From: Octopus sinensis
Taxonomy: Eukaryota
DNA: 64,000 nt
Assembly (NCBI RefSeq): GCF_006345805.1
Contig: NC_042999.1
Coordinates: 85,870,001 to 85,934,000, forward strand
Direction of reading: 5' to 3'
This document shows, piece after piece, positions 38,442 through 52,479 of the stretch. Below the pieces are notes generated by a model. The model was not told the DNA's origin and did no database searches. It saw nothing but the letters and a program-made list of their open reading frames with translations. Positions within the stretch are counted from its first letter, which is position 1. Every line of letters starts with the position of its first letter. The translations under genes were made by a program, and so were the position numbers.

Positions 38442-40031
38442 ATTTTTCATGTTTTTGCGTTATTTATTAAATATTATGACCTTGCATTCTATTTTTAATT
38501 CATGCATTCTGCCATACTTTTTTTACACTTCTCTTTTGTTCAATACTTTTTAGATTGTATTTGCTGTAGTTTAATGTGGAGCTCAACAGATTAATCTTCA
38601 CTCTTTCTTTCTAATGTTAATTGCATCATCATTTCACATTGTAGCTTAGAAAATACGAGATGCAAACTGATACTGTTGTGAATTGTTGATTTGAGTTTAG
38701 CCTAATCAAGCAGATCTGTGATATCTTATCTTTTGAAACTCACTTTATCTGACTACCTTTTGTTTAAGGATGCTGCTGGTGTCATGTAAAAGCATCCAGT
38801 TCACTCTGTAAAGTGATTGCCATTAGGAAGGGCATCCAGCCATAAAAACCATGCCAAAACATTCAGTTGAGCTTGGGGCAGTCCTCTGGCTTGCCAGCTC
38901 CTGTCAAACCATCCAACTCAACTATGATGGAGATGATGATGGTAGAGTGTGATTTGAGAAAGATTTGGCTATTATTTCTAACAGATTGTTGTTCAGCTTC
39001 AAATCAGCTTGATTGAGCAGATCTGCAATCACAGCTATTTCAGTCATGATTTTCCATCTTTTTTGTACTCCATTGTCTACTTTGGCTTTTCTTTTTTAAG
39101 ATGGTAGATAGGATTTAAGGGAGATATGGTTGCTATTTCTATCAGGCGAAGAGACTACCCCACAGATAGAGTGATGTTGACTAAGCTATTGCATACTTTA
39201 TCATACTGGCATATTCTTCAGTAATTTCTGATTTGAAAATGGGTGTAAAGTCATTTATCAAATGACATTAACATATTTTTGGTAAAAAAAAAATGTCTTT
39301 TTTGTATTTTCAATTATCTCTTTGCATTTTAAAGTCTAACTTCTTTTAGTAGCAAAAGTATTTAACTCTTAGTTAAAAATGTTACTTAAAGAATATTCCA
39401 TGTTCTTGAACAGGGCTTGAAATTCACAATATCAAATTCTGCCAAGGTCGATTTTGCCTTTTATCCTTTTGGGGGTCGACAAATTAAGTACCAGTTGCGT
39501 ACTGGGGCCAATCTAATTGACTGCCCCCCCCACCCAAAGCTTCGGACCTTGTGCCTAGAGTAGAAAAGAACATTCAATTAACAGCAATATTATGTTGTTT
39601 GATATATATATTTATTTATATATATATATATGTAATTATAAAAGATCTTATTAGAATGTTATCATTTTTATTTAGCAAAAAACAAATCATTAATTTTAGT
39701 TTTACTGTGTTCCATCTTATCTGAAATTCTAAATTTCATTGTTAGAATGATTAAAGCTGTTACTTTTTATGTCAATTGGAGATACTATTTAGGTGTGCTT
39801 TTTGTTAAAAAGGCGACCACTTCTTTCTGTAGGATAAAGTTGAGATAATAGACAGAGAACACCACTGGAAAATACAAAAACTAAAAGAGGCAGCACATAT
39901 CCTGGGACTTAATAACCTCCTAAGCTGACCTAGTGCAGATATGAGTAGCATATGGAAACTGGTATTAAGGAAGGATAGAAACATATTAGATTTATAAGCC
40001 CTAAAATTCACTCCATAAATTCACTCCCACA

Positions 40032-40245
40032 GGCATATGGCGTAGTGGTTAAGAGCACAGGCTACTAACCCCAAGATTCCAAGTTCGATTCCAGGCAGTG
40101 AATAATAATAATATCGAAAAAAAACCTTAGGAATGAGAACCCAGGTTCGAAATTCCCCCAGGACACCTGACGACTGCTGGAGAGTACATCAGCTGAAACA
40201 TTATGTTAACAATAAACAAGATGAGGACAAATATCTGTCAAAGTG
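40032..40245 (+). mobile_element. tRNA-headed SINE with a hammerhead motif
   Basis: A box tggcgtagtgg, B box agttcgattcc, then acac-CTGACGA-ctgctgg-agagtaca-tcagc-t-GAAAC-att-atgt at 40163-40206. Confidence 0.7.
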
Positions 40246-40439
40246 TGAAGTCAACTAAAATGGGGAAAAAAATATATAAATGCAGGTGTGCCCAATTGGT
40301 TAAGAAGTTTTCTTCTCAATCACGTAGTTTTAGGTTCAATCCCAATGTAGGGTAAATTGGGCAGCTGCCTTCAACTATAGCCCATGCTGACCAAAGAATT
40401 GTGAGCGAATCTGGTTGGTAGAAACTGAAAATAGCCTAT

Positions 40440-40495
<56 letters not shown>

Positions 40496-41214
40496 CTTTT
40501 AGCTTTTACATGTTTCAGTCATTAGACTGTGGCCATCCTGCAGCACTACTTTGATGAATTTTAATCAATACCGGTGATTTTTTTTTTTCAAGCTGGGTAC
40601 TTATTCTATTGGTCTTTTTGTTAAATCACCAAGTTACAGGGACCTAAACAAACCAACACTGATTGTCAAGTAGTGGGACATACACATATGTATGATGGGC
40701 TTCTTTCATTTTCTGTTTGCCAAATCTGCTCACAGGGCTTTGATTAGCCCAAGGCTGTAGAGTAGAAGACATTTGTCCAAGGTGCCACAGATTGGGACAA
40801 AGCCTGAAACCATGTGGTTGGGAAGCGAGCTTTCTACTACACAGCCATTCTTGTGCCTATAAATTGTTTACTTATTTTAGTCATTGGACTACAGTTGTGC
40901 TGGGGCTCCACGTTGAAGGGTTTAGTCAAACAGATCAACCCCAGTTCTTACTTTTAAAGTCTTTCTTTTGCCAAACTGCTAAGACAGGGATGTAAACAAA
41001 CCAACACTGGTTGTCAAGCAGTGGTTGGGGCCAAACACAACACAGACATCACACTCACACACACATACAAGCACAAGCATGTGTATCATGAACTTCTTTC
41101 GGTTCCCATCTACCAAATCCATTCACAATTTCACAAGGCTGTGGTTGGCCAGGACTATAGTAGAAGACACTTGCCCAAAGTGCCAGTATATATATATATA
41201 TATACATATTGTTT

Positions 41215-41690
41215 CTAGAATAAGTATTGGGTAGAGGAAGTTTAGAGAGCTATTACCTGTGTTGGCAACAAAAGGCCTCTCTCTCAGAATGAAATGTAGA
41301 CTATAATGCTTGTGTACCAACGGCTATACTCCATGGGAGTGAGGCATGGGCTCTGAATGCTGAAGACATGCATAGACTGGACAGAAATGAAGGTAGTATG
41401 CCCCGTTGGATGTGCACATGTACAACAAAGTGAAAATGTTTTGAGAAAAAAGTTGGGCATAAGAGGAATCAAATGTAGCATGCAGGAGAGAAGACTTTGT
41501 TGGTTTGGACATTTGATGCATATGAATGAAGACAGCTGCATAAAGAAGTGCTGATCTCTCTGAAAGTGGATGGTACCAATGCAAGAGGGAGACCCGGGAA
41601 GAAGTGGTAAGGACTGATCTCAGCAAGTTGGACCTCATGGAGGAAGTGACCATGGACCAAGATGTCTGGCAATAAGAAGTGCTAGAGCAG
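41215..41690 (+). mobile_element. Decayed RTE LINE ORF 3' fragment
   Basis: LRKKLGIRGIKCSMQERRLCWFGHLMHMNEDSCIKKC, matching the 62404 ORF. Confidence 0.85.
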
Positions 41691-42742
41691 GAGATTTTAA
41701 CAAAGTTGAAATTTTGAAAAAGAATTTTTTTCAGTATCCTAATCTGAATTTCTCCATGCAAAATTTAAAAAAACAACTTTTCAGAAAAATTTAAAACAAG
41801 CAAAAAAATCATTTGGAAAGCTGATTTAGAAGCAACATATAAATCTCTATTGTTGAAAATATTAGAATCCAAAGAAATTGGAAAAAAAAAAAAACATAAT
41901 TGGTTGAGGTAAGTTCTAGATACTTCAATCTCCAATTTCTTTTACTTTTCAACTATTTATACTAAATAATTTTTGATACAAATTATCACTATTTTGATTG
42001 GGTCCTACTATTTGTACCTTTTAATCTCTCTCTATCTATCAATCTATCTATTTTTTTAATCTTTTATTTGTTTTAGTCATCAGACTGCAGCCATGTTGGG
42101 ACACTACCTTGAAGAATTTTTAGTCAAACGAATTGACCCCAGCACCTGCCTTTTTTAATCTGGTACTTCTGTTGATCTCTTTTGCTGAACTGCCAAGTTA
42201 CGGAAACATTAACACACCAACACTGGTTGTCAAGTGGTGGGGAGGGGGACAAATACAGGCACAAATAAATAAATGTATATAGTTTCTGTATACCAAATTC
42301 ATTCACAAGCTTTGGTTGACCCAAAGGTATAGTGGAAGATACTTAGCCAAGGTACCACATGGTGAGACTAAACCCAGAACATATGGCTGTGAAGCAAGCT
42401 TCTTATCACAATATAGGCATAACTGCAGTTTAGTGCCCCAGGGATCACCTTCAAATTCAACTAGTTTTTGCCCTATAAATTTTTATCTACTGTACCAAAC
42501 TTGGTGTAGATCTCATTTATTCTTTTATACATTTCAACCTAAATGCTGTGGCCATGCTGGAGCGTATGCTCACACACACATCATTTTTGCTTTAACATCC
42601 ACTTTTTCAAGCTTGGATGGATTTTGTTGAGGTGGATTTTCTATGGCTGGATGTCCTCCTTGTTGCCAATTCTTACCTGTTTTCAAGTAAGGTAATATTT
42701 TTTCATGAAAGATTGTAATGATGGTGGACTCATTTACAACTA

Positions 42743-44079
42743 CAGAGTGGGGCAGAGAAGATGGACATTTTTTGAAATGGCTATTACTCAGCCCCAGGGG
42801 GAGGGACACATGTCCAACAGGTACCATTCAATTTGTGGTGTCTTAGCATTTTTTATCTTTTCAGGTGAAGCCATGGTACAGTAGACGATAGAGCATCACA
42901 TGTTTGCCTACAACAGTGATGTGAAGAATAATGAGTCTGTCACAGCAGTTCAGTGTGAGTTTCGGCACCACTTCAATATTCACTGAAATCAGGCTGCTCC
43001 CACCCACAACACAATCTTACATTGGGCAAATGCACTTTGTACACGAGGTACACTAGCGAATAAGAGACTGGTTTAGGGGCGCCATGAATGGTATGGACCC
43101 TGGAAAATGTGAAACGCATCAGACAAGCTTTGATATGGAGTCCGAATCACTCTACTTGGAGGCATTCCACTGAACTTGGCATTGGTAATCGATCGGTAAG
43201 GTGTATTTTGCATGAAGACCTACATTTTCACCTATACAATTGGTCATTGGGCAACAGTTGAAACCATGGGACTATGCAGTGTGGCTTAACTTCATACATC
43301 AAATGGAAGCAATTTTTGAGGCAAATGACAACCTCATTTTCTTAATGAGTGATGAAGCGCATTTTCATCTCAGTGGCATGGTGAATCAACAGGACTGTTG
43401 TTATTGGTCTTTTGAAAATCCGAGAGAACCACATGAAAGACTGCTGCACAGCCCAAAAGTGATGGTTTGGTGGGCTGTTGGAAAAGCTGCCATCATTGGT
43501 CCTTACTTATTTGAAGACAATAATGGAAATGCTGTTACTGTGAATTCTGAGCATTACATCAAGATGACAAACAACTTCTTTGTGCCTGAATTATGATAAA
43601 AACATATGCCTATTTGACATGTGTGGTTTCAGCAGGATGGGACAACAGCCCACACAGCCAGAGCATCAATGGATGTTCTTTGCCCTCTTTTTGGTGACTA
43701 CCTCATTTCCAGATTTGCTGACATTCCTTGGTCCCCTCGGTCCACTGATTTGTCTATATGTGATTATTTCTTGTGAAGAAACCTCAAGGCACATGTGTAT
43801 GCACACAAGCCCAGTACATTGGATGATTTGAAAGCCGCTATTCGTGTGGAAGTTGCCCAAATCGACAGAGCAATGCTAGAGAGAGTGGAGACCAACTTCC
43901 AAGAACACCTTCAGAAATGCATCAATGAAAACGAACATCACATGATGGATGTTGTTTTTCACACTTGATTTTGACAAATGCTAATTCAATATGAACACAT
44001 TGATGTCAATAAAATTTGCAGCTGAAATTAACGGTTTTGTAAATTTTTCAAAAACGTCTGTCCTCTTTGCCCCACCCTC
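42743..44079 (+). mobile_element. DD41D (rosa/Visitor) Tc1/mariner element, pseudogenised
   Basis: TA TSD and TIR cag(a/g)gtggggca. Broken ORF 42873-43968 with MSDEAHF, WFQQDG and SICDY; 41 residues lie between D2 and D3. Confidence 0.92.
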
Positions 44080-44144
44080 TATCATGTGAAGTCTAGGCAA
44101 GGAGACAGTAACACACACACAAACTATATATATAGTGTCACTTT

Positions 44145-45510
44145 GTCATGGTCCATAATAGACTCAGGGCTTCCATACCAAGGTCAATACTTAGCCTGTA
44201 AATTATGCCTCAAAGCTGCATTCCACATATTAAAATACAACTTCTCAACACTACTAAACAAATATAATGAGGCCCTAAGTACATGCAACCACCGCTTTTT
44301 CATACCTTCAAATTTTACCACAAATCTAAATAGCAACACAGTATATATCCACAACACCCTGTAGGTAATCCCCAACAACCCTACTTATTTCCCTTTTAAT
44401 TGTTACTCTTTAATTAACTCCCATACTACATATATGGACATGTGAGTGGGTACATGTGTGCACAAGTATTTTATGTATTTGTGTTTGGGTATATGTGCAT
44501 ATATATATGCACACATGTATGTGAATGTGAGTACGTAAGTATGTGTGTGTGCATATATATATACAAATATATATGAATGAGTGTATATATGTATACATAA
44601 GTACCTTCATGTGCATGTATGTATACATTTATGGATGTGTGTGATTATGCTTGTGTATGTATAGGTGTATGTATATGTCTGCAGATATGTGAGTTTGTGT
44701 GTATTTGCATGTATACATATTCACATATATATATATATGTTTGTGAGTGCATGTGTATGTATGTCATTATACCTTCTTTCCTCCTCTCAGATTCCTACCG
44801 ACCACTAGTCTATTTATAGTATTTTGACATCCTTATATTCTTCCCTCCACTTCAAATTTTACTTCCAAAACTACTACTCACTTTGGTATCACTCCAACCA
44901 TACGTTTTCTTTATCCATCCCTTAATACAACCCTGTCATATCACCCTTACTCACATATCTCACATTCTTTTACTCCTTACTCTCTCATCTCTCCTATCCT
45001 TCACCCTACCTCTCCCTTCTTCCCATCACATTATCTTGACCACCAACGAACACTCCTTTCTCACTTCTTTTTTCTCTCTTTCTGTCTCTCATTTTCTCTT
45101 CCTGTTTTAAACCTGACCTATCTCCTCTTTCTAATCATATACACCCCCCTCCATCATCTATCCATAAATACTACCAATTCATTCTCAAATGTTCATTCAT
45201 GCTACAAATCCCTTTCAAATGAGCAACATTGATTCCATAGCTGCATACTTGGAAATGACTAAACATGAACTGCTATTGGAACTTACCATGTACAGGAAAC
45301 TTTTTTACCACTTCTATACACCATTTTCCTGGAATAGTGGAACTGCAACTACAATATCTATATATCTTATTTTTATTTTCATTTTCTTATTTCCCTTCTA
45401 TTTTCCCTATCGTCTCCTTTTCCACAATAATTCGAACTCAAATATTTTCTCACACTGTCTCTGATGAAGGGATATCCATAACATCCCAGAAACAGCTATA
45501 TGACTATTTC
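44145..45510 (+). mobile_element. Penelope-like element 3' remnant (endonuclease C-terminus, 3' region, hammerhead)
   Basis: WSIIDSGLPY...CKLCLK...ILK...LLNKYNEALSTCNH resembles the PLE C.LCL.EK...LLNKR.E...CRH tail. Hammerhead gtct-CTGATGA-agggat...atccc-a-GAAAC-agct-ATA-tgac at 45457-45504. Confidence 0.7.
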
Positions 45511-46849
45511 ATTATAAATGTCCTGAAAACTCCTCACAGCCTTGGGTTTGTTATCTCATTCTATCTAACATACACGCACACACATACACATTCATAGATG
45601 CTCTTTTTACTCTTTACTCTTTTACTTGTTTCAGTCATTTGACTGTGGCCATGCTGGAGCACCACCTTTATAGTCGAGCAAATCGACACCAGAGCTTATT
45701 CTTTGTAAGCCTAATACTTATTCTATCGGTCTCTTTTGCTGAACCGCTAAGTTACAGGGACGTAAACACACCAGCATCAGTTGTCAAGCGATTATGGGGT
45801 GGGGCAAACAGACACACAAACACATATATACACACATACATATATATATATATATACAACAAGCTTCTTCCAGTTTCCGTCTACCAAATCCACTCACAAG
45901 GCTTTGGTCGGCCTGAGGCTATAGTAGAAGACACTTGCTCAAGGTGCCATGCAGTGGGACTGAACCCGGGACCATATGGCTGGTAAGCAAGTTACTTACC
46001 ACACAGCCATCTCAATTCAAGTAGATGGATTGAACAGGCTTTATTACAAATCACTGCGATTATTTCAATGCATCATTATCAGCTGTAATTTGCTGAATGG
46101 TACATATATTATATGCAATAGTGCATTAATAGGATTCAACAATAGCTGTATGCATGCACATCCTCAGGTTCTCTTTAGTTTCTCCACATTTTATACCCAT
46201 GCCAAAATACTGTTTTGAAATACAGTTTTTAGTACTCCTCTATGAGAAAAACATAATGATTTGTAATAAAGCTCTTTCATTCCATCTTCTCATACTAAAA
46301 TGTTTTTGTTTATACTCTATGGATATTTACAGACCTACTGTATAATAACATTTGGTAGCTGATACCTGGAGAGGAGCTTTGGAAAACACTATAAGGTCAT
46401 TACCCAGATTATATTAAAATATATATTCTTTTATTTGTTTCAGTCATTTGACTGTGGCCATGCTGGAGCACTGCCTTAAAGGGTTTTTTTTTTAGTTGGA
46501 GAAATTAACCCCAGGATTCATTCTTTGTAAGCCTACTACTTATTCTGTTTATCTCTTGCTGAACCATTAAGTTACGGGGATGTAGACACACCAACATTGG
46601 TTGTCAAGTGATTGGGGTGACAAACACAGACACAAAGACATATGTACACATATATATAAAAGTTTTTCTCCATTGAATATGTTATATGACAGAAAAGAGA
46701 GATATGAATATGATATAATAATTGTTTACCAAAAAGTGTTATAGATAATTATTGTTTATTATTTTGTCAAAGGATAATGTTAAAAATTAGTGCTAATTAA
46801 CTTCCATTGAACATGTTAAGACATATCCCTTCTTTGTTAATAAGGTGTG

Positions 46850-49400
46850 GGTTAAGAAAGATAATGAAGTGTGGTCTAAATAAAATAGATGATAGCTGCT
46901 ACATGAATTTTGGCTTTCTTAAGAACAAGCCTAAGTAGAAATTCTACAATTATCAATTCATAGGCAAAGGAGAATCGTGTATTACTGATGATTTTGTAAC
47001 CTGTTCAGCAGTGGCTTGTATTCTTTAATAAGCAGACTTTCTTTATTAATTCTTGTTTGGCCTAGGATATTGTCTGTACATTGATAGGGTATGAAGACAA
47101 GAAATTTGGGAAATTTGGTTTTCTTACATGTGTCTAGGTATTCACTTAATGGCATATATTAAATTTTTTGAAGAGCTAGTAAAATGGATTTTCACAGTAA
47201 AAATTTATTCTGATTTAAATTTGCAAGTTGTGTCCTAAGTTCCACAACCATATTGGCCACACTTTGAAACTGTTGGAGTTGAGTCTGTAGTTGGTAGTTT
47301 CATATTGGTAAATAATGTTTTTTAGAGACTTTGGTTGTCTTGCATTTGATTATTTTGTATGATTCAAGGGCCTTCTTCATTACTGGGTCTTGGCTTGATA
47401 ATGATATGTTCTGATGGATAATGCTGAATGTTTGTATGTTTCTTGGATTGTGTGTTGTAATTAAAAATAGTTTTTGTTGTATCTGTACTGTTTTTAGCTT
47501 CTTGTAATTCTTCAATGTCTATTGCTTTGGTGTGTTCTATTTCATTCTCTATTAGAGTAGATGGGTAATTTCTTTCAAGTACTGCTTATTTTAATTCAAG
47601 GAGTCTTTTATTCTGAACATTTGGTTTGGAGACAATGTTCAGATTCTTCTAGCTAGGTTGAATGGAATATTGGATTTGGTTTGTTTTGGGTGGTATGAAT
47701 AAAATAGTAAGTACTGATTTGAGCCTGTTGGTTTATAATAGACATTAAATTCTATGTTCATATCATTCTTAATAATCAAAATATCTAAGAAGAGTAATAG
47801 GTTATAGCTAAATTCCATGATAAACTGAATACTGTTAATGATGCTTTAAGGTAGGAATTTGAAATTATTGAGTTCACCTAGGTTGTATGTTCACAGAATA
47901 AAGCAGTCATCTAAATATCATTTCCAGTTTTTCACCAGATAATTTTGGAAGTTGAACTGTACATTATTTTGGCATGTTCATACATCTGAACTTATAGCTA
48001 TGCCATGACTAAGTTGGCATATGTTTGGACAACTTTTGTATCCATTGCAGTTCCAGATATTTGTTGGTAGGTATTTTCCCTTGAAAATAAAGTTGTTTTG
48101 AAGGATGAATTGCAATCCCTCTGTGATGAATTGTAGATCAATTTGGTCTGAAGTTCATCAGAGAATTTTTTTAGCCAAAAGGCTATTGTTGCTAAAACTT
48201 ATTAGTGTAGGATGACTGTATAAAGATTTATGACATCAAATGTAATGATTATAATATCGCTGTTAACTTTTTGTGGCAGATGGCTTAATAGTTCTTGGTC
48301 ATCCCTTATGAAACTTGGTATGAATTTTAAGAAAAGTTTTAGCAGTATGCCATGGAAGTTACTAAGTCTGTGAGTTTCACACGCTGAGTCTGCCACAATT
48401 GGCCTTAATTTCAGATCCTTCTGAAAGGATATGTTTATGTAAACTGAGTGTGATTCTTTGCAGGCATCACTGTATTATTTTTGTGGATTTTGGGAAGTCT
48501 TTAGAAGAAACTAGTTTTGGCTATAAAATTTGTTAGATAATCAATTTCTTTATTAGTTAAGCCTTTTCTGTGTTGGTTTATGAGAGTTTTAAGTTTAGAT
48601 ATTTGTTTGTTGGTAGTTGTTTGCTATTTTATAGTGTGTGTAGAGTTAATGCAGTATTTTTGTAGTGTTTCATATTCATAATAACTACAGAGCTTCTCTT
48701 ATCAGCTTCTTTTATAACTATGTTATGAATGCTTTTTAGATCATGTATAGTTTTCCATTCTGTTCGACTAGTATTGGACTTTGGTTTAGGAAGTGGAAGT
48801 TCATTGTTACGGAAGGTGGATATAAATTCAGAAAATTTGTCTACTGTTTTGTTTCTCCTTTTTGTATGGAGAATAAGTTATTACCCTTTGTACATCTGAA
48901 TAAAGACTGTTCATGTCTAGGATGGTTTCTCCTGTCATAATTACTATTTCTTCATGTATATTGGAATATCTGGTTTTGAATGGTGTTTTGTCATGGCGAA
49001 GAGGGATTTTGGAATCTTTTAGTGGGTTTATTTTGTTGTCTGGAGAATGTGGAATTGGTGCTGTTTCTTGCAAATCTTTGGTGGCTAAAATTTTTAATTT
49101 TTAATGTTTGTGAATAAAACTGATATGCTTTAATTTTCTTTAGAAATGGATTAGCATTATTTTCAGTTTGAAATTCTTTTTCACATCTGTTAAACCAAAA
49201 AGTGTAACTTTCCCAGCATCAAAAGATATGTTGATTGTTCATTTAAATATTGTTCTTTCCAGAGTTTAACTGTATTTTCAAATAGAATGCCTTTGGTAGT
49301 GTTTTTTGAAATTTCCATTTTCATATGTTCACCAACAGATTTGATTTTTTTTCCTTCATTCATGCTAGTTCTGAGATGCAATAGTTGAATTTCCATTTTT
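46850..49400 (-). mobile_element. Penelope-like retroelement (RT plus GIY-YIG), decayed
   Basis: LRPIVAD, TFDVINLYT, GTAMDTKVVQTYANLVM, WK*YLDDCFIL, YYKPTGSNQYL..SYHP..TKSNIPFNLARRI; many stops and frameshifts. Confidence 0.88.
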
Positions 49401-49459
49401 CTATAGTCATCCTTTCCAAAAGCTCCTTCAGCCTTTGGAATGTCATCTTCACTGTCAAG

Positions 49460-50277
49460 TACTGACTTAAGCTACTCAAGCTGTTCACAATAGATCTCCT
49501 TTGTTATCGTTTGGTTTTGGTTTAACAGTTCAAAGTAGACTAAACCTTTCATATCCTGCCAACAGATAATAACACCTTACATGGGTGAAGACCTTCTTTA
49601 GCCTGGGGTGCTGGTGTTTCTCCTTTCCCTACCCACTGTCTTTGGCACTTGAAATTTTTATAGAGAACCCATTTCTCATCACTGATCCAAACAAAGGTTC
49701 ATTTGTGAGATGTGACAGCAAAGAAGAGCACACATTCACTCGGAAAGTTTGTGAGTAACCCATTGACTCAATTTGCTGGCTTTTTTGATTGCATGCAAGT
49801 GTTGATGAATGGTTGAATGAACAAATCCAAGCTTTTCTCCTAGTTCCTCAACAGTTACAATGGGATTTTGTTCCATCAGAATTTGCAGGACATCCTTGTT
49901 GAGCTCTACAGATCTTCCAGGACGAGTCTTGTCTTTTGTAGTTTCTGGCTTGGAATTTCTGGAACCACTGTTGATACTGACTTACGCTTAGTCTTAACCC
50001 CATATACTGCATTAATATTCCTTGCACTTTCTGTTGTGTTGTTGCCGTTATTCAACTCCTAAAGCAAAATATGCCAAATATGCTCATTTGTCACTTCCAT
50101 TATAGCTTTGAAAAAATAACTGTTAAAATTGAATTGCACACTTCAAAACTTACACTACAAGGTAATATTACTACCTGCTTTTATAGCAAGTTAATGCAGA
50201 TAGTTTATCCTGTCCCCCTCTAATTTTTGATTCATGCAATTGAAAAAATTGCATTATTTATGGGATGCCCCAATATT
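49460..50277 (-). mobile_element. Mariner fragment (5' part)
   Basis: SDEKWVLYKN, GLHPCKV and IYCEQL motifs; one TIR ttatgggatgccccaata at the right end. Confidence 0.85.
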
Positions 50278-52479
50278 TGTTAATCAGGCATGTACCTTCC
50301 TAAATTGTTCAAATTGAAGGTCTTTTTGTTAAAGTCTGTCTTGCATTGTCTTTATGTTGAAAGGAATACAGAAACACCTGCATGCGCGCACACACACAAC
50401 CCTGCCAAAATAACTATGTGTATTATGTATATGCATATAGCCTTTTTTGAAGTCTTTGTTGCATTGTGTTGACAGACTTGCACTTAAAATTCTCACATTT
50501 TAAATCAAAACTTGTTAGTTACTGAGGTGACAACACTACCTATTTAGCTATCTTTCACACACACACACATTCTCTGTCACTGTATTTCTCTCTCTACAAC
50601 TTTTTTGCCTCTCCTTTCCTCTCTCTCTCCCTCCCTGTATTTATCTCGCAACAACTTTTACACCTCCCCTTCTCTCTATACACACAGATGTTATGAACAG
50701 ATAGATGGAGATCAGTTTCTCTTTTATAATATTATTATTATAAGTAATATAGTTATTAGTATTAGTAGTAATGTTGATGCTAATATTTGAGTAATTTCTA
50801 GGTAAGTTTTTACTTTTGCTTCTAATTTTATTTTTGATTTCAGTCATATTATTATTACAAGGCAGTTGTAGCAAGAGATGCTATTATTATTGTTAGAAAA
50901 GTTGATGTTAGAATTAGTCATAATAACACAAAATGTTATTATTAAAATTATCATATCCAGGGTTTTAAGAACCTAGTTCAGTTTTCATCTGCTAGAAGCT
51001 GCAATTATAGATTCAAGATTTTGTATAGTAGTGAAAGGCAACTGTATAGTGGAAGTATCAAATATGGAGTGGTACTGAAGCTGAAGTGGGATATTAGACT
51101 TTAGAATATTAAAGAAAAGCTTAGGCTAGATTTATTCAGAAAACAAGATGGAGGTAGGTGTAAAGCATAGAACTACCTTCTGCTTCTGTTATGTCATCCA
51201 AAACATTTTAGTTGGGTAGAATCATTATTCATAAGATGAGTTTTGGGCTCATCTGTGCCATCGTTTTTTGAGATCATCTTGGGCAATACCAGGGACATAT
51301 GATTAGTATTAGAATTATACTTTGAAACTCTATGACAGTGAAAATCAGAAGTATACTTATTGTCCATAGAAATAGGATAATATTGGATTTATTCAATAAA
51401 TCCAATAATACTAATTTTAAGGACAACACTTATTGTCTTTAGTATTATTGGAGATTTGTGTAGAAGTAGAATTTTGAGTTTAGGATTAAGGATGTCAGAT
51501 ATTTTATCAGAGAAACAACTAGTTAGCAGGGACTTATAGTAAGGTGTGATTATTAGCCAGTGACATGTAAAAGCACCTGTGTCAGTGACACGTGGTAGCA
51601 TCTATACTGGTGACACGTAAAAGCACCTGTTCTGGTGACATGGAAAGGGCACCTACTACACTTTTGGTGTTAGGCATCCAGCTGTAGAAACCAAGCCACA
51701 ATCAGACTGGAACAGCTCTTTGGCTTACCAGTTCCAGTCAAACTGTCTAACCCATGCCAGCATGAAAAATGGATGTTAAATGATGATCTTCATTTGCAGA
51801 CAGGCTGGGAATTCTAATGGAAACACTATAAATCTATAGTGGTTAAATTTAACATTACTATACTGGAAACATTCATTAGTTTTATGAAAGGGAAAATATA
51901 AGCCTGAATTTAAATCTAAAGTAATATCTATGAAATTAGCTATATCAAACTATTACCAGAGATAAGGTATAAATTGAAATTGTGGAAAAATTTATTTAGA
52001 GCTTTGTAGATAGGTTGAAGATCAGATTTGGAATAATTGGTAGCAATGAGCAAATTACTGTCTCTAGGCCACCTTCAATTTTAGGAAAATGTATTAGCAG
52101 TTAGTATACAAAAAAAATAAGCTAACTGGGTCAGTGACTTGCCTGGAATCAGAAGAATTTAGTAGTAAATGATCGACACTAGAATTTATTATTGAAAAAA
52201 AAAAGAGTTTTTCTAGTCATTAGTATCACAGAGTGAATATGTTAGTTTCCTAGCTTTATTCAGTAAAATATGGGATATAGAAGAATAATAGTTTTTAATA
52301 CTGAGTATTGCCTTTATTAGGAACCAAGTTGTTGTCTCACCAGTATTACCCCAAAGATTAAGCTTGTCTTTAACAACAGGGATAATTCTATTCAAAATAG
52401 GTTTACTAATATATCTGAGGCTGGATTTAGTGGGGCAGATAAGTTTGATTGAAGGTTTAATGAGGAAATCAGCCTTGTG

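Noticed and set aside
44410-45110. ORFs rich in C/V/Y/H/T/L/S
   Set aside because: They are translations of (TG)n/(TA)n microsatellites and pyrimidine tracts; the same holds for most short ORFs in SINE copies.
50900-52400. Possible old retroelement remnant
   Set aside because: Too degraded to assign by eye.
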